Assembly (NCBI RefSeq): GCF_009914755.1 | Contig: NC_060947.1 | Direction: 5' to 3' (one strand) | From: the human T2T-CHM13v2.0 reference genome, Homo sapiens | Length of the DNA stretch: 64,000 bases | Shown: positions 59,592 through 64,000 of the stretch, in pieces | Layout of the letters: each line of letters begins with the position of its first letter | Position numbering within the stretch: position 1 is the stretch's first letter | Translations under genes and position numbers: made by a program | The notes under the pieces: model-generated | Told to the model about the DNA's origin: nothing | The model's input: only the letters and a program-made list of their open reading frames with translations | Databases searched by the model: none

Positions 59592-60297
59592 GACTGGGTA
59601 TTGACCCAAAGAGAAAGAAATCATTCTATCAAAAAATTACCTGCACTCCTATGTTTATCACAGCACTATTCACAATTGCAAAGATGTGGAATCAACCTCA
59701 GTGTCCATCATTGAATGATTAGATAAAGAAAATTACTCAGCCATACAAAGAAAAGAATGAAATCTTGTCATCTGCAGCAGCATGGATGGAACAGGAGGCT
59801 GTTATCCTTAGTAAATGACTCCGAAACAAAGAGTCAAATATTGCACGTTCTCACTGATAAGTAGGAGATAAACAACTTGTACACATGGACATAGAGTGTG
59901 GAATCATAGACTTTGGAGCCTGGGAAGGATGAGAGGGTCAGGGGTGAGGGATGAGAAATTACTTATAGGTACAATGTGCATTATTTGGGTGCTAGATACA
60001 CTAACGGCCCACACTTTACCACTACATAATATACCCACGCAACACGATGATCCACTTCTATTTAATGAATAGCAAATATACTTTCCCTTCGTTATGATTT
60101 CCTTTTATCTAGCTTGTTTTATTGAAAGAACACAGTATATAATGAACATAACATACAAAATACATGTCAATCAACTGCTTATGCTATCAGTAAGGCTTCC
60201 AATCAGTAGTAGGCTATTGGTAGTTAAGTTTTGGGGAGCCAACAGTTATGTGCAGATTTTTGCACTTGTACCTCCTACATTTATATGAATTTTTTAG
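59592..60297 (+). mobile_element. L1 3' end carrying a copied Tigger fragment (60048-60262)
   Basis: gggtattgacccaaagag...atacccacgcaacacga[insert]cacttgtacctcctacattt. Confidence 0.88.
60048..60262. repeat. Inverted ~97% copy of 55881-56095
   Basis: About 7 mismatches in ~215 nt by eye; no TIRs. Confidence 0.93.
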
Positions 60298-60452
60298 AAA
60301 ATTATTATTTTAATAGATTTGGTTAACAAGAAAGGCACACTAAGGAGATTTAAGGTTTCATGTATGCTTGTATTTACATATTCAATGCACAATTTATACA
60401 TATTTAAGACATTATATGCTTTATAAATTATAACACATGCAATTTAATATAC

Positions 60453-60742
60453 TTTTTTTTTTGAGACAGAGTCTTGCTCTGTTGCCCAGGCTAGAGTGCA
60501 GTGGCGTGATTACTGTTCACTGCAGCCTTGATGTCCCAGGTTCAAGCAATCCTTCCACCTCACCCTCTTGAGTAGCTGGGACCACAAGTCCACGTGCCAC
60601 CACACCCGGCGAATGTTTTTTGTATTTTTAGTAGAGACGGGGTTTCATCATGTTGCCCAGGTTGGTCTTGAACTCCTGAGCTCAAGCAATCCGCCTGTCT
60701 CAACCTCCCAAAGTGATGGGATTACAGGTGTGAGCCACCGCC
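60453..60742 (-). mobile_element. AluJ-like
   Basis: Reverse dimer; 5' end clipped. Confidence 0.92.
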
Positions 60743-60746
60743 TATA

Positions 60747-61074
<328 letters not shown>

Positions 61075-61559
61075 TTAATCTACACTTAACATTTTAAATT
61101 TAGATTTTTAGTAAAGCATTACAATTCAAAGAGAAAAGAGTACTTTATTTTTTTTTAATCTGCTCTTAGCAGAAGTCAAAAGCAACAAGAAACGATGAAA
61201 ATGCTCTTTCCCCATCTTGGCACTGACGTTGGACTTTATGAACAACTGCTAAGAGAATCATTTTAACAGAATATTTCCGCTGAAATGTCAGCATTCTTTG
61301 GTCTTATAATTTGTGTAACGAGATATATATTATAAACACAGCATCCTGCATTTCAGAAAAATCACAAAGTAGCTTCAGATGGTGTCCATGGGGAGAAATG
61401 GGGAGCTCCAGGGAGCCCAGGTGGAAATGAGGTGGGTGTTGTTTTGTGAAGGAGATGAGTTTAAACTCATCATTCACAAGCTTTCATGTCTGAATGTAGA
61501 AGTTACAAAGTGATATTGTTTTTATCCACACACATTACAAATTCAAGGAAGCCCTGGCT

Positions 61560-61897
61560 TTTTGGTAAGAATGTAAGAGGTACAAGTGCAGTTTTCTTGC
61601 ATGGGTATATTTATTGCACAGTAGAGAAATCCGGGCTTTTAGTAAACCCACCAACTGAATAGTTAACATTGTACCCATTAAGTGATTTCTCATCCCTCAC
61701 CCCCCCTACCCTCCCACCCTTCTGAGTCTTCATTGTCTATTATTCCATTCTCTGCATTTGTGTGTGCCCCATTATTCAGCTCGCACTTATAAGTGAGAAC
61801 ATGTGGTGTTTGACCTTCTGAATTGTTTCACTTAAGATAATGGCCTCCAGTTCCATCTATGTTGCTGCAAAAGACATGATTTCCTTCTTTCTTCTGT
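61560..61897 (-). mobile_element. L1 3' end
   Basis: gaggtacaagtgcagtttt...cacttataagtgagaacatg...gctgcaaaagacatgattt. Confidence 0.88.
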
Positions 61898-62074
61898 ATG
61901 GAAAGAATGTGTTATGTATTAAATTGCATGTGTTATAATTTATAAACCACATATAAATTGCCTTAAGTATGTATAAATTATGCATTGAATATGTAAATAT
62001 AAGCATACACTAAACCTTAAATCTCTTCAGTGTGTCCTTTATGTTAACCAAATCTATTAAAATAACAATTTTTA

Positions 62075-62680
<606 letters not shown>

Positions 62681-63288
62681 TTATATAAATTTAGGAAGTA
62701 CAAGTGCAGTGATGTTGCATGGGCATGTTGCATAGTGGTGGAGGAGGACTTTTAGTGCATCGATCACCTGAATAATCTACATTGCACCTATAAGTAATTT
62801 CTCATCCCTCACACACAACCCTCCCATCTTTCCCGGTCTCCAGTGTCTATTATCCCACACTCTATGTCCATGTGTACACATTGTTTATCTCCTACTTATA
62901 AGTGACAACATGCAGTATTTGACATTTTGTTTCTGAGTCATTTCACTAAGGATAACGCTCCTCATTCCATCCATGTTACTTCAAAAGACATGACTTCATT
63001 CTTCCTATGGCTGAAGAGTAGTTCATTGTGTATTATATATATCCCACAGTTTCTTTCTCTTCTCATCCACTGATGGACACTTAGGTTGGTTCCATGAATT
63101 TGCTTTTGTGAATGGTGCTGTGATAAACACACACGTGCAGGTATTTTTTGGTATGATTTTTTTTCCCCTTTGGGTAGTGGGATTGCTGGATCAAATGGTA
63201 CTTCTATGTTTAGTTCTTTGAGATGGCTCCACACTATTTTTTGTAGAGGTTGTACTAATTTACATTCCTACCAACAGCATATAAGCTG
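62681..63288 (-). mobile_element. L1 3' end (outer part of the right arm of inverted duplication E)
   Basis: aagtacaagtgcag...ggttgtactaatttacattcctaccaacag. Confidence 0.88.
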
Positions 63289-64000
63289 ACGTTCCTCCAG
63301 GGTGTGTGTTTTTATAAGCTAGAAAGGTAATTGTGTGTTTGCTGAAAGGCCTCCCCAGGAGAAATGGGCTTCCAACATCCACGGAAGCAGTAGGGTTTGT
63401 GTCTACACAAGTCAACGAGCCCTCTCTGGTGCTGCAGCTTGGACAGATTTAGGCATGAAGGGGCTGCTGTAATTTCCTTCAAGGTCAGAGTGTGAGTTGG
63501 AACAGAGTCAAGAATTTTCAGGGGGAAAGAATCATAAATCAACCCAGGTAATGGCTTTTGTCTTTCCACATAATTGGAAGGCAAACCCAGCACTCATGAT
63601 AAGCACTGTGTGGTTAGGGGACCCTCAGAGATGAGAAAAGCCAGATGACCGGGTTCTCTTCTGTCAATCCGAGTGAGTTTTCTTCATCTGTCTAAGGCTG
63701 GAGGCGTGTCTAAGCCCACAAGGATGAAGCCAACCTCACGACTCAGGAAAAGAGTGAACCCAAATCGATCATGCATGTTTGCAAGTCAAGAGATCCTGGC
63801 TCTAAAACGAGTTTTTTTAGTTACCTCAAAGACTGTGGGCATCAGATAAGCTCAGTATTGGGCAAATCATTATAAACATTTCTGGTACAGAAATCTAAGG
63901 AGCTAAAGTAGGTCATACCTTTATAGATATCTTGTTCCAAAATCACTTTATAGGGCCTGAATTAAGCTTGCTAGGAGGTCCCTATAATAGGCATGCAGTC

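Overview
Human/primate-type, gene-poor genomic DNA made mostly of interspersed repeats: about 25 Alus, L1 3' ends, MaLR (THE1/MST/MLT1), MLT2 and ERV1 solo LTRs, Tigger/MER DNA transposons and long microsatellites. The only gene-derived feature is a full-length, intronless, multiply disabled argininosuccinate synthase (ASS1) processed pseudogene at 5371-7275. The context fits the distal Xp22.33 copy or its Y homologue, but the sequence alone cannot prove this. I can support no intact protein-coding gene or RNA gene and see no new gene system. The unusual signal is structural. There are at least five local inverted copy events (11126-12240/13174-13958, 23223-23770/26226-26780, 28694-28831/29712-29850, 55881-56095/60048-60262, ~59595-60452/61916-63175) and three local direct duplications. 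There are also two TSD-bounded retro-insertions carrying transduced sequence, and an MLT1-derived tandem unit with the same abnormal junction at four loci. Repeat subfamily names come from recalled consensus sequences, and coordinates and identities were read by eye.
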